Positions 38,663 through 50,904 of a stretch of DNA of 64,000 nt are shown here, in pieces. The notes under the pieces were generated by a model. The model had not been told where the DNA came from. It saw only the letters and a list, made by a program, of their open reading frames with translations, and did not search any database. Made by a program: the position numbers and the translations under genes. Location of the stretch: contig NC_086107.1 in assembly GCF_963921235.1 (NCBI RefSeq), positions 92,878,001 through 92,942,000 on the forward strand, given 5' to 3'. The DNA comes from Mobula hypostoma. Taxonomy: Eukaryota. Each line of letters opens with the position of its first letter. Position 1 is the first letter of the stretch.

Positions 38663-40180
38663 TATATTGCTAGAATGCCTAAGACTTTGTGCAGTACTGT
38701 AGTAATTTTGTGTATTACACTACTGTTATCACAAATGAAAACAAATTTCATGACATATGTGAGTGATGATAAACCTGATTCTGATAAGGGTCTCTATTGT
38801 GAACTTGAGTGGGAAGGGGGCAGGGAGAGGGGAATCATGGTTGGGAAAAGGGGATGCACGAGGGGAGGGAGCAGGAAGCACCAGAGAGATTCTATAATGA
38901 ACAATAAACCAGTTGTTTGGAATCAAATGGCCTTGTCTGGTGTCTCAGGGCTGGGTGGGTCTGCACCTGCTCTGCCCCTCACCCCGACACTCCCCTGTAC
39001 CACCTGTCCAACATGCCTCCTGCCATTCCCAACATGCTTTGCTCCTGCCAAATTTACAAGCTCACTGTCTTCTCCACGTTGATAGTACTGTATGTAGTGG
39101 AAAGAGCTGTCATAAGGTAAAACAATTGTCTTGGCATACTCGGTCTGACCTGTTACTGATAACGGTTTGTTTAGTTGAGTTTCTGGTCAGAGGTGATTCC
39201 CGAAGATTTGGTTTGTGAGTTGGTGACAGGCTCCCCGAGCAGACTCGAGGAGAGGATATTAGACTCTCCGTATTGATAGTGGTGCCATGGATGTCACTTT
39301 GGTAGTTCAATGTTAACAAAGAGGTGCTGTGATTAAAGATCTGTTACATGGCTCAGTTGTTAGTTAGCATTTTCCTCATTTGCCCTGCAACTGGCAGTAA
39401 AGTACCCTTTTCCATCCGAGATAAAGAACATACATAGGTGATTAGAGGGAGATGAAGGGGGAGAGATTTAATGGCTCTTGCTGCATAGATATAATAATTG
39501 GTATTGGAACTCTGTGCCACCCTTGCAGTTACAGAGAGTGTGGACTTCAGAAGTAAGTTCAGGATTAACACAACTTATAATAATTTATTAGCTCCCCTCA
39601 GGTGGTTACTGCCTCTTCAAGGTCCGATTGACTACACTGCACTCTGGTCTTTGGTATTGCAGATAAAGAGGAAGGCAGTCAGGATTCGTATTCCTCTAAG
39701 AAAATTAAAGAATGCATTTGAAATTTTGCTAGATGGTGATGGTGCTCTTTTCTGGAGTAAATTTTGATTAAATATTTAAGATTTTAAAATGATAGCCTCA
39801 CCACTATTAACTGGGTTTATCAGATAGTTAAGCTGAAATGCTCATATCTTTATCGTGGGGAACATTTCCTACCTCATAGTTTTAAAAGGGGTTTACCTAC
39901 TTGTATATTTTGTGCATTGGGGTAGCATGTTCATTATTTTTGAAAGTTGCCAGATTCTGTGCATATGTTCGCAGACTAATCCAGAAAGTGCACTAGCATC
40001 ATTTAGTGAAAATAAAAGGTTGCTGTGTAGTTGTGGTTTGCATTAAACTGGCTTGAGATTTTCATTTTTATGGTGTCTTCCCCTCTCACATTTGATAAGA
40101 TCCCTGTAGTGGATTTTGTAATGCCTGAATACAGTTGGCTCACGTGTTCTTTTGCTCCTGTTTCACTTGGTTCACCACAG

Positions 40181-40267
40181 GTCTCGGTCCAGGGAGAATA
40201 GGCGTCGTGAGCGTTCAATTTCAAGGGAAAGACGTGAGCCATCCAGATCTTTCTCCAGGTCACACAG
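40181..40267 (+). CDS. SRSF3: SRSF3-like RS-domain exon (equivalent to mammalian exon 6)
   Basis: Acceptor TTCACCACAG|, donor AG|GTTGGT; 87 nt; SRSRENRRRERSISRERREPSRSFSRSHS. Confidence 0.93.
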
Positions 40268-41053
40268 GTTGGTAGTCATTAAAGGCCCTTCAGCCCATCT
40301 ACTTGTACTGTACTGATTCTGCCTAGTCCAATCGATCCGCATCTGGACCATGTCCCTCCCCTCCATGTACTTATCCAAACTTCTCAAGTACTGTAATCAA
40401 ACCTGAATCCAGCACTTTTGCTAACAACTCATTCCACACTCTCAGTAGCATTCGAAGAAGTTCCTGCTTGCTTACCCTTTAAACAGTTCATCTTTCACCC
40501 TTAACTTATGACTTCTAGTTCTATTCTCGCCTAACTTCAGTGGAAAAAGCATGTATGTATTTACCGTGTCTACGTCCCTCATAATTTTTGTAAATCTCAA
40601 TTAAATTTCCCTTCATTCTTCTGTACTCCAGAGAATAAAGTCGTAAACTGTTCAACCTTTCCCTATAACTCAGTCCTCAAGTCCTGGCAATATCCTTGTA
40701 AATTTTCTCTGTAGTCTTTCAATCTTAGTGTTGAAGTTCTTGATGGAATTTTCTTCTGCATGTGTTCTATTGCTGTATTGAAATTGTAAGAATCTTTTTA
40801 GTTAGATTCTTGCAATGTGCTGGATTTATTAAATCTGTCAGGGGTGGCATGGTAGTATAGTGATTAGTGTAACCCTTTACAGTGCCAACTATAAAATTGG
40901 GGTTCAATTCCCACAGCTGTCTGTAAGGAATTTGTATGTTTTCCCTGTGACTGTGGGTTTCCTCCCACTTTCCAAACACAGGATTAGTAAGTAATGACAG
41001 GCTGTTTTTGCACTGGAAACATGGTGACACTTGTGTTGGTCATTGATGTAAAC

Positions 41054-43276
41054 TAGTGGTCACCAACCTTTTTAAGCCCAAGATCCCCTACCTCGACCTC
41101 AGTGAAAGGCAAGATCTACCTAATAAATCGTTTAGAGAAAAAACAGCTCAGATTGTACTTCCAGTTTGAGGCCTTTTATTTGGGCGAATTGTATTTGAAT
41201 TACACAAAATACTTCTATCAAACTTTCAAATTAATTCAAACAAGAAAACACTGTAACTAGCATAGCCATAGCTGTCTTTCTTTAAGAATATTACAATACT
41301 TCACACCTTTAATTCTAAGTTTCATTATTTAATTTTATTTCAACATGAAAAATAAATGAATAAAAATTGACTGTTGCACTCAGTGTGATAACTGGGGCTG
41401 AATACTTTCTGCTAGTTCCCTGAAATTTGGCTCATAACTACAGACAGCCAGTCTGAGGCACTCTGTGAGGTGTAGGGTTGCCAACTGTCCTGTATTTCCC
41501 CCGCTAAGATAGAGCGTTCCTATGAAACCTTTCGTACCGAAATGCTTTATGCCGAAAAAGCAACTGCCATTAATTTATATGGGAAAATATTTTTTGAGCG
41601 TTCCCAAACCCAAAAAAAATAACCTACCAAATCATACCAAATAACACATAAAACCTAAAATAACACTAACATATAGTAAAAGCAGGAATCATATGATAAA
41701 TACACAGCCTATGTAAAGTAGAAATAATGAAAATTAAGCCAAAACGGATTGGTGGGGTAAAGAAAAGAAATCGGCATGTACGCGCCCGTGCAAGGCTTCA
41801 TGGTCATGGTAGTCTTTCTCGGGGTAAACACAGATGTCCCGGATTTGACTGCTACTTTTATCCCTTATTTGGGAGTGAGAGAGTTGGCAACCCTAGTGAG
41901 ATGTCTGTCAGTAAATCAGCTCCTGTACTTAGATTTAATAATTTTCATTTGTGAAAATGCAGTTTCAAATAGATAAGTTGACCCGTTGTAGGCACTGACT
42001 TTTAGTGGTATAAAACCACGCGCACACTGAGCACTGCTGGGGCCCCATCAGTAGTAATTGCCACCAGTTTATGAATGGGGATGTCATTTTCACGGACATA
42101 TTTTTTTAAACTCATTGTAAATATCCTCACCTCTCATTCTTTTCTTTAATTGCAAAAGAGTGAGGAGGTCCTCCATTGTTGTAAAATCCTAGAAAGCCAT
42201 TCTGACAAATACAACATGCTGAGCTGTTATTATTCACAGAGTGACAAGTCGATCCACGTCCTCTGACAGTGACTCTACCCTCCTTGTCACTGTTGCAGGG
42301 CCAAGCGGTATATTATGTATTGCGGTTGTGATGCCGTTTTTGTTTTTAAAGTAATTAAAAACAGTCTCTGCGGTAATGACCATTGCTTCCTTGAATAAAT
42401 TGCCATCTGTAAAAGGCTTCTTGTGTTTAGCGAAAAGATGACTTACACGAAATGATGCTTCAATAGCAGCCTTATTTTGAGCAGCATGTTTTGTGGAAAA
42501 CGATTGCTGGGCCTTCAACCCTGATTTCAGCTCAACTTTCCAGGCACGAATTGCGCTCTTTGGGGGGTAGGTGTCTTTAAATTCCTGGTGGTTGGTGTTG
42601 CTGTGCCGCTCCAGATTCCCTCTTTCAGTCAGTGCTTGTGTTTGGTGGCACAACATACACACACACTTGTCTTTCACCAAGGTAAACAGAAATTCCTCTT
42701 CCCATTCTGGATGGAATTTGTACGTTTTTTGCCTTCTTTCGTGGAGCTTTCGCCATGCTATCAGGATATCACGAGTGATTGCCGATTGCATCGCATCTGA
42801 TCTGGGCCGACATTTATGTGCCAGGCAGCACCTAATTAATTAGCTTGTTTATTTCGGCTATTTTTTCTTAAAGATGTGCTGTGTGCCTCCCGACTACCGC
42901 TGCACCCCTGCATGCTTCGCAGCCCGGAGGTTGGGGACACTGCCGAATACTGATGTTTGCGACAGTCTGTACTCTTACCTAATCTGATTGGTCACTTTGA
43001 TGGAGCACAGGCTACGCTAAAAACACGGTGCATGGGGGGGATCTACAAACTACACACATGCGCACTCGGCAGAAAGAACGGAACTCAACCCCCGCAACCC
43101 AGAAACAATCTCTCTTTACAAACAGCTTTTTAGCGAAAATATTGCTATATTACCATTATCCTAGTTAGTATTACTTTTATAATGCTCACGTAACAGTACT
43201 TGTGAATTTATTTTTGATTTTTCTTCGGGATTTACTGGGAAAGTCTCGAAGATCGACCGGTCGATCATGACCCCTA
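41054..43276 (-). mobile_element. hAT Charlie/Buster-type transposon, internally deleted (GTF2IRD2-like transposase fragments)
   Basis: 8-bp TSD ATGTAAAC (41046-41053, 43277-43284); termini TAGTGGTCA and TGACCCCTA; ORF 42234-42791 FHPEWEEEFLF..KCVCMLC..NLERH; C-terminal GSTYLFETAFSQMKIIKSKYRS. Confidence 0.88.
41473..41895. mobile_element. hAT-type MITE (TAGGGTTGCCA termini) nested in the Charlie-like element
   Basis: TIRs TAGGGTTGCCAAC and GTTGGCAACCCTA; 8-bp TSD GTGAGGTG/GTGAGATG with one mismatch. Confidence 0.85.
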
Positions 43277-44541
43277 ATGTAAACAATGCATTTCTCTGTA
43301 TTTTTCTATATGATTAAAAAAAAACTCACCTCCAACAAAATGTTGAGTAGAAGAATTTGTCAGTGAGGTAGCTATAGAATATGTTGTTATACAAGAAAAT
43401 GCAGGCTGATGCAGTCCTTTGCCATGTATCTGATTATAAGCAAAATTTGTTAAATTACTTTAAGTGATCAGACAACAGAGCACTAAACAACTGAGGAGTT
43501 GTGTTTGGGGAAGAATATTATTACTGTTTTCGAACCGGTGGCAGTTTGGAATTGTCCCTGACCATTGATTTGATAATTACTGAGCAGTTTGCTACTGATA
43601 TGTGGTAAACAGCATGCAGGGGAACTGTCACCACAAGCAGATAAATGCATGCCATTGAGCAACTTGTGACTTGTGTGTAATTAAAAACAATTAATGAATG
43701 GTGGGGAGGACAGAGAAAATTAAGAGTTTAGTTCTAGTGCACAGCATGACGATTATGAGATTCCTTTTGCAGAGAGAAGCCATATACACCAGCTTGTCCT
43801 ATTTGCTGATGATAGTTTGGGAATCTTCCAAGTGCACAGTGAACGTAGCAGTAGGTGGTGGCGTTGGGGGGGGAGGGGTTACCAGCTTTCATTTTGTGAA
43901 TTGGTTTGATAATTTAGTCATTAAGTTTTGAGACTTTGATTTCTGCAGCAGTGTAGGTGAGAACCTCAAAAGATTTCTTTGGCGACTGTCTTCCTTGGCG
44001 TTTCTATTTACGGTCACGTAGCCTGCAACATAATGGCATAAACACAGATATTATCCCCCTTCACCTTCCCTCTTCTGTTCGCACTCTGGCTCGCCTCTTA
44101 TCTCTTCCCCTCATCTGCCTGTCGCCTCCCCTCCTTCCCTTTCTTCCATGGTGCACTCTTCCTTCTATCAGATTCCTCCTTCAGCCCCCTACTTTTTCCT
44201 GATCACCTTCCAGTTTCTCACTTCATTCCTCTCTCTCTTCCACCCTCCCCTCCATCATGAAGTTTGTTACACTTAAGGCCTCATTAATCTTCCAAGGCCA
44301 GAAATTTCTTAATGGGGGTGAAAATTTTCTTAAGCTATTTTCCCACATCTTCCTTTTCATGCCATACTGTTTGTTTATATGTTTATGTAGTCTTTATGTA
44401 TAGTTTTTCATAAATTCTATTGTGTTTCTTTATTTTCCTGTAAATACCTCAAATTACAAGAAAATGAATCTATGGTGACAGGTACAACTTTGATAATAAG
44501 CAATATGATTTTGACTTTGACTTTATTTTCCTTCCCTGCAG

Positions 44542-44569
44542 TCGTTCCCGATCTGTTGAGAGGAAGTAA
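44542..44569 (+). CDS. SRSF3: SRSF3-like terminal coding exon
   Basis: Acceptor TTTTCCTTCCCTGCAG|; (S)RSRSVERK-TAA, matching the SRSF3 C-terminus RSRSNERK. Confidence 0.93.
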
Positions 44570-45009
44570 GATCTCTTGGTGGAGATGGCCTCTTCTCCAC
44601 CCTAGCCTCTGGGAGATGAAGAACATCTACAATGCTCCTTTGATTCTACATCTGGTGACGATTTAAAAGCAGCAGGGTGGGATTGGGAGAGGAGGCTCTT
44701 CTTTCTTTTATTCTGGTTTGAAGGATGAGCTTTAACCAGCTCACTAATTTTTTTTGGAACTTTTTTTAAAAACAAAAAAACTTGTGTCATGCAAAATATA
44801 TAAAATTTCATACTAATTATTGAAGAAGGGGGTCAGACCAATAGTAGAGCAGTAACAAGACATCTATTGTCAATCACTTGTAATTGTTTTTGCTTTTGTT
44901 AACCAACGATGTCAACTGTTATTCATTAAATCCCTTGAAGTGATTTTTTTAAAAGTTTCTCTTGCAATGAAAAGTTACTGTGTCTGAAAAAGGGCTGTTT
45001 TCACCGAGA

Positions 45010-45028
45010 TGTACATACTGTTAATAAA
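45010..45028 (+). terminator. Probable proximal polyadenylation signal of the SRSF3-like gene
   Basis: AATAAA at 45023-45028, preceded by TGTACATA (UGUA/Pumilio-type element) at 45010-45017. Confidence 0.6.
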
Positions 45029-48000
45029 CTGCACCCCATGGTGTCTGACCTCAGTTCCCTTTATAGATGCTGTGAGTGAGGAATTGGGGGGGCATTTAGA
45101 GGTGAGCAGGAATGGGGGTACAGTTCAGAGGAGAGCAAGAATGGAGGTTCTGCTTTTGTCAGGTTGGTCTTTGTATTGAACTACGTGGATAAGAAGGATG
45201 TTTGTAACAGTGAGTCAGATCTGGTTTTGGGGAAGGGAACATCTTGTAAACAATGGTTTAAGCAGCTGTAGCGACAGTGGCCTTAACTCACTGATGCATA
45301 GCTAGTCGATTTTGATTAATGGGCCCATGGCTGAAATATGATGGGGACCACCTATTGTTTCTTTAACATTAAGGCGCCCAGACTGTGTTGGTAAATATTC
45401 ATCCCTGTAACAGAGGAACCCTGTAAATGCTGCTGATTCAAAATTAGATGAAACATTGTACTGTAACAAAGTGCATTACAATAACTGACGACCCAGAGTG
45501 TGGGGGGGCTTGTCCATTTGGCTGGCACCCAATGGCCCAGGGGTGGGAGCTAATAGCCAACGGCCCGGAGGGAGAGCTTGTCCACCTAGCTGAGACCCAG
45601 TGGCCTGGGGTGGTGTGGGAGGTGGTGCAGGTGCTTGTGCTTATCTACCTAGCTGACAGCTAACAGAAATGTACTTGGGCTTTTCTTTATTTTGAAGGAT
45701 TCATTCACCTTTGCAGCAAAACATTCCTATGAAATATGACATGATTTAGGGTGTGGAATAGATTGTGTGCAGTGCACCTCTGTTTTGAAGCTTTTTTTTC
45801 TTGTGGCTAATTTTTTTGTGAAAAGCATTGATTGTGCACAATTCCCTGCTTGAGGTGTTGCTGCTAACTCTTGTAGTTTATACTTTGTGTTATTGATGTA
45901 AGTGATGGCCCATAGAGGCTTACCCCAAAGGGCTGGCAACAAGCCTACAGCCAAATTTCCCTGAGCGCATCTGCATCTCTGACCTTGTCACTCTGTGAAG
46001 AAATACTTCACTTTGGGTATTGCAGCCAGTTAAGTCCATTTTGTCTTCAAGGAAGTGTTCACTGTTGCATTTTTTTGAAGGCACTGTGGACAGTGCTCTG
46101 GCAAAGTATCCGATCATCGTTCAACTACTGCTGACTCAGGCCGGGTGTACCTTGCCCTGTACAGTCGAATTTGATTTCAGTCATCTTTGCTTGTAGTGAC
46201 TATTCTGTTGTGAACTCCTGCTTGCTGTATCTTTTCTAACTGGTAATATCTTTATGCTTGTATGGGAATCGATGCTTGCAAGGGAAGACCTCCAGTGCAA
46301 AAAATCATAACCCTTAGTGCACAATTACATTTATTAACTAAATAAATGCAATCCTGCACTATGGGATATGATTTTTAAATAAATATGGGAGATTTGGTGT
46401 TACATTATTTCCACAGGACATCTGAACCACCTACCTATTCTCCATCGGTAATGGAAGTGAGAAACATTCTTGCTAATATAACGTCCTTGGTGACAGAGCC
46501 CCCACAAATTATTGTTGCTCTCTGGCAAACAGATTTAGGTATTATAGGACATCACCTTTCTAACTAGCATCTCCAATGTTCTTGTGTTAATGTTCAAAAA
46601 TGCTGAGTGAAGTGATTCGTCAAGGTGTCTGATGTGAGATAAAAGGGGTGTGGAAGTCACAATCTTGTTACTGTAACTAATGCGCTAGTTAGTTCTATTG
46701 CCAGGGGCTGATGTGTCTAATTACCAGCTAATTCTCCAGATGAATGAGAATTCCATTGATTTTCCCCTTTGGTCCAGCAGATGGTCTGTTTCATGTGGGA
46801 ATATTCCTGGAACTATATCTGACAAAGTAATAAAATGGCAATATTTTTCTCCCTACTTGTTAGTCCAAATAGATGTCAATTCTGTCATGGGATATATTTC
46901 TGTTGGAGTTACTTACGGAATGGCAGCTGCACTTGTATTCGAGGATTAATCCCAAAACTTTGCTGATGTTGCAAGGTCACAATCAATCTACTATTCCTCA
47001 GTAACCTAACTTCAGCCAATAGCAGCAAGTATTAATAAAAGTCATTGGCTTCTCAGTGATGGGGACTGGTCACTAATAGTGACCAGGCATAAGACTAGAG
47101 AATTCTATCTTTCCTCATACAAGGACTAATAACTCTTCCTGGCTTTGCTAATATTACCCATCAGAGACAGCTAGAAATCCACCCTGATCCTCTGGAGCTT
47201 TTTACTGAGCATTCAGAGCCAGCTACACCTGCCATTCTGTTGTTTAATTTGGATTTCCAGTGCCACATTTTGCCGATCTAGTCATAAGATCCGCAGCCTA
47301 TTCTAAAGGTTCTCTCACACACTGTGAAATGCCTACATTCCTGTGTAGTTTGCTTCACAAAAGCTACCAAAGGCCATTCTGTAGCTCCAAAGACACCGCT
47401 GTGCAATGGTTTAATATTTTCATGTAGACAGGATCTTAATAATGGAGTCTAAAAAGGATTGTTTACTTTTATGATTTCTTGGTGGGAAAATGGCATTTCT
47501 ACAGCACTGTTGAAAGACTGTTTGGTACTACAGTGGAGCAGATTTGGTTCAAAAATGATTAATTGGAATGGAGTTCTGCTTGCAAGTGTAGTGCTACTTG
47601 TTTGCAGGCTTGCTTATCTAATACTTTTACAAAGAGCAGTGTTTGTCATGCTGTTTATTGTTGCAATGTATTTAAAGCACGCTCTATGAGAACTTAGAGG
47701 TTTCTGTTATACATGTTGCAAATTCCCAGTTAATAATGTATTTCAGACCTGTAACCTACACCTTTAACCTTGTTCTGAGAAGTTTTGAATATATCCAGGT
47801 GAATGTTTGCAAATCTTTTACTGTTGGACCAGTTGTACAGTTAATCTGAATCTCTTCATTAAGTTACTGCATTCTAATGCTCCTGCAAAGTTAACGACCC
47901 CTTGTGTGTGACATTAGTGCTAAGAAAATGATTTCAGATTGTCTAACTGAGAAAATGGTGTGGCATCCACAGCCAAACCCTTTTGAAGTCACTGTGGATA

Positions 48001-48311
48001 GCTGCAGTCACACTGTCAGGAACTGACTTTTTTAAGAAAAGACTTGATACTAGCTGGATTGATGTTTTGATTGTACTTTCTTTTGTTCTGTGTTTTTTGT
48101 CAGATTTCAATATAAAAGTTATTACAATCACATTTGTCTGAAATGGCATTGTTCTTTAGGGGCCAGTTACGCTTAACATTTTCATTCCAATGTTGTGCTG
48201 CCCAATCAGGAGATCCTGGGTTTGATCATCTGGAGTCGTACATTAAAGAGCAGAGAAACAGGCCCTTTAGACCAACTAGTCTATATTGTCCATGACCGAT
48301 ATCCCTCAATA

Positions 48312-48395
48312 GCAGGGGTTCCCAACTTTTTTTTTATATGCCATGGTGCCTTAAGATTAACCATGGGTCCATGGACCCCAGGTTAGGAACCACTG
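48312..48395. mobile_element. Small hAT-Charlie-type MITE
   Basis: Termini CAGGGGTTCCCAAC and GTTAGGAACCACTG; no clear TSD. Confidence 0.6.
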
Positions 48396-50904
48396 CCCTG
48401 GAGCTTTCCTCTATGTACCCATCCAAGAGTCTCTTGCCTCAACCACTTCGTCTGGCTGCTTGTTCCATAAACAGACCACCCTCAGATTTTTTTATATATC
48501 TTTCCTCTCCCCTTAATGCCACTAGTAGCTAGCATAATGCTATTATAGCGACATAGTTTGAATGTTGTCCCCATGATGACATGAGTTCCCTCTGGGTGCT
48601 CCGGATAGCTGCCAGATTCCAGAGACGTCAGGGTTAGTGAATTGTGGGCATGCAGTGTTACCGTCAGAAGCGTGGCGACACTTGCAGGCAGCCCAGTACA
48701 ACCCCTGCTGATTTGATCTGACGCGAATGACACTTTTCACTGTTTTGGTGTACTTCTGACAAATAAAGGTAATCTTTCGTTCTCAATTTGCACTCCCTTT
48801 GGAAAGAAGTGTGCATTCACCCTGTGTCCATCGTGATTTTATAGGGTGGGTTTGATTTTAAAAAGTAGGGTACTTTTACCTCAGGAACAGCTGTAACACG
48901 CAGTGGGGGGAAAACGAGAAAGAGATGGTGATCAATGGTTCCATTTAATATCAGTGAAAATACAGTATACAACCTGGAATTCTTACTCTTTGCAGGCATC
49001 CACAAAACAGAAGAAAATAAAACCCACAGAATGACAGACAAAAAAAACGTTAGAACCCCCCAGATCCTTCTCCTCTTCACACACAAGCAGCAGCAAAGCA
49101 TCAACTCTTCCCCCCCACCACTTGTTGCAGCAGAAAACATCAGCCCCCCCAACCACCATTCAAGCAATAGCAAAGCCCCAAAGAGACCATGATCTAGAGT
49201 CCATCAAAAACCACTGTTCATCTTAACAGTTTGACATGTCACAGGCGCTCTCACATGAACGAGGGAGAGTTAGCACTTCTGCCACAGCACAAGGGAGACC
49301 AACAGTTCACTGTTTTGATGTTAGTCTGCAGTGTCGCTTATTTCGACAGCAGTGTACACTGTTGTCTCAATGGCTTCATGTAGTTAATTCTCACTATTGT
49401 CACTAGTTAATACCAATAACTAGAATGAAACTGGACAAGATCCTGACTAAGATGGTGATGAACAGAATGTGATGATCATGGTGGGCAACGAGGGATGAGG
49501 CGGCTGTGGTGGCTGATGAACACTGGTGAGATCTGTTCTGACGTGAAGTGGTTAGATGAATCAATAAAAGCCTGTGTAGTACTGCAGCACACTGACAGAC
49601 GATCTGGAGTATTTCCTTATGTTCTGGAACAGGGCTTTAACCCACTTTTGACTTGAGAAGAGGTTTGCAAATGATCACATGACTTGCTGCATACCTGTCC
49701 TGCAGACATGGCAAAAAGTGTCCCATCTTCCAACAAACGGAAGAAAATTAATGTAGAATTCTTCCGAGACGATTTCAAAGGATGGATTGGAAATGGCTAT
49801 AGTTTCAGTTCTCAAGTTCAAAGTAAATTTAGCAAAGTATGCGTATGTCACCAGATACTATAACGAGATTCATTTTCTTGCAGGCATGCACAATAAACAA
49901 AGAAGTACAATAGAATTAATGACAGGCTATACACAAAGACTAACAAGCCACCCGTGTGCAAAAGATGACACTGCAAATGCAAAAATAATAAATACTGAGA
50001 ACGAGTTGCAGAGTCTTAAAGTTACCTGGTGGGTAATATGCGATGTGGGAATTACTGGTGAATGCTTGGTGTTCATTTCTAAGTTCCTGGTAATCAGGAG
50101 ATAATGAAGCCGTGCAATTTATTATCTCTGCATGGGTGGAATCTCTGTGAGCAAATAGCCCCAGCAATTCCCACTGGCATAGCGACTGAGCATTAACACA
50201 TTTGGTGTTTTGCATTTGCGGTACAAAGTGTTTGCAGTGCATTTTATCAACGATTAAGGGTCAGATTTATTTATCGTATGTACATGGGAACAGTTGAAAT
50301 ATGTCATTTGTGTTAACAGCGCCTCGGTAGTGTAGCGGTTAGCATAATGCTATCCTTGCCCAGAGTTCAAGGTTCAATTCAGTATCCTCAAAGAAAGTTT
50401 GTCTTCTTCCCATGAGTGAGGGTTTCCTTCAAGTGATCCAGTTTTCTCCCATGTTCCAAAGACATTTCAGTTAATAGGTTAATTGGTAATTATAAATTGT
50501 CCTGTGATTAGGCTAGTGTTAAACTGGTGGGTTGCTGGGTGGTGTATCTCTAAATAAATACATTTTTAAAAAATACACAACCTAAGGATGTGCTGGGGTA
50601 GTCTGCAAGTGTCCCCACACATTCCAGCACCAACCAATGAATACTTAAAGCTATAAAGAACCTTGTCAGACCACTTCCTCCTTTGCTGAGATAGGTGTCA
50701 ACAAGAAGATCTCAAACAAAAGAAAATCTGCAGATGCTGGAAATCCAAAGCAACACACACAAAGTGCTGGAGGATCTCAGCAGGCCAGTCATCAGCTACA
50801 GAAAAAATGTGAAGAGTGGATCTTTCAGGCTGAGACCATTTGGAGGACCCCCTTATTTAATAAATGGCCATCCCCAGGACAGTGCTGTAGTGGTTAGCAT
50901 AACG

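Noticed and set aside
39191..39214. 24-nt AG/GTGAGT-bounded segment (RGDSRRFGL) as the missing exon 5
   Set aside because: Weak polypyrimidine tract, not RS-like and the wrong size; no support without transcripts.
43957..44030. LRSRS-containing ORF as an additional SRSF3 exon
   Set aside because: No convincing splice sites, and exons 40181-40267 and 44542-44569 already join in frame.
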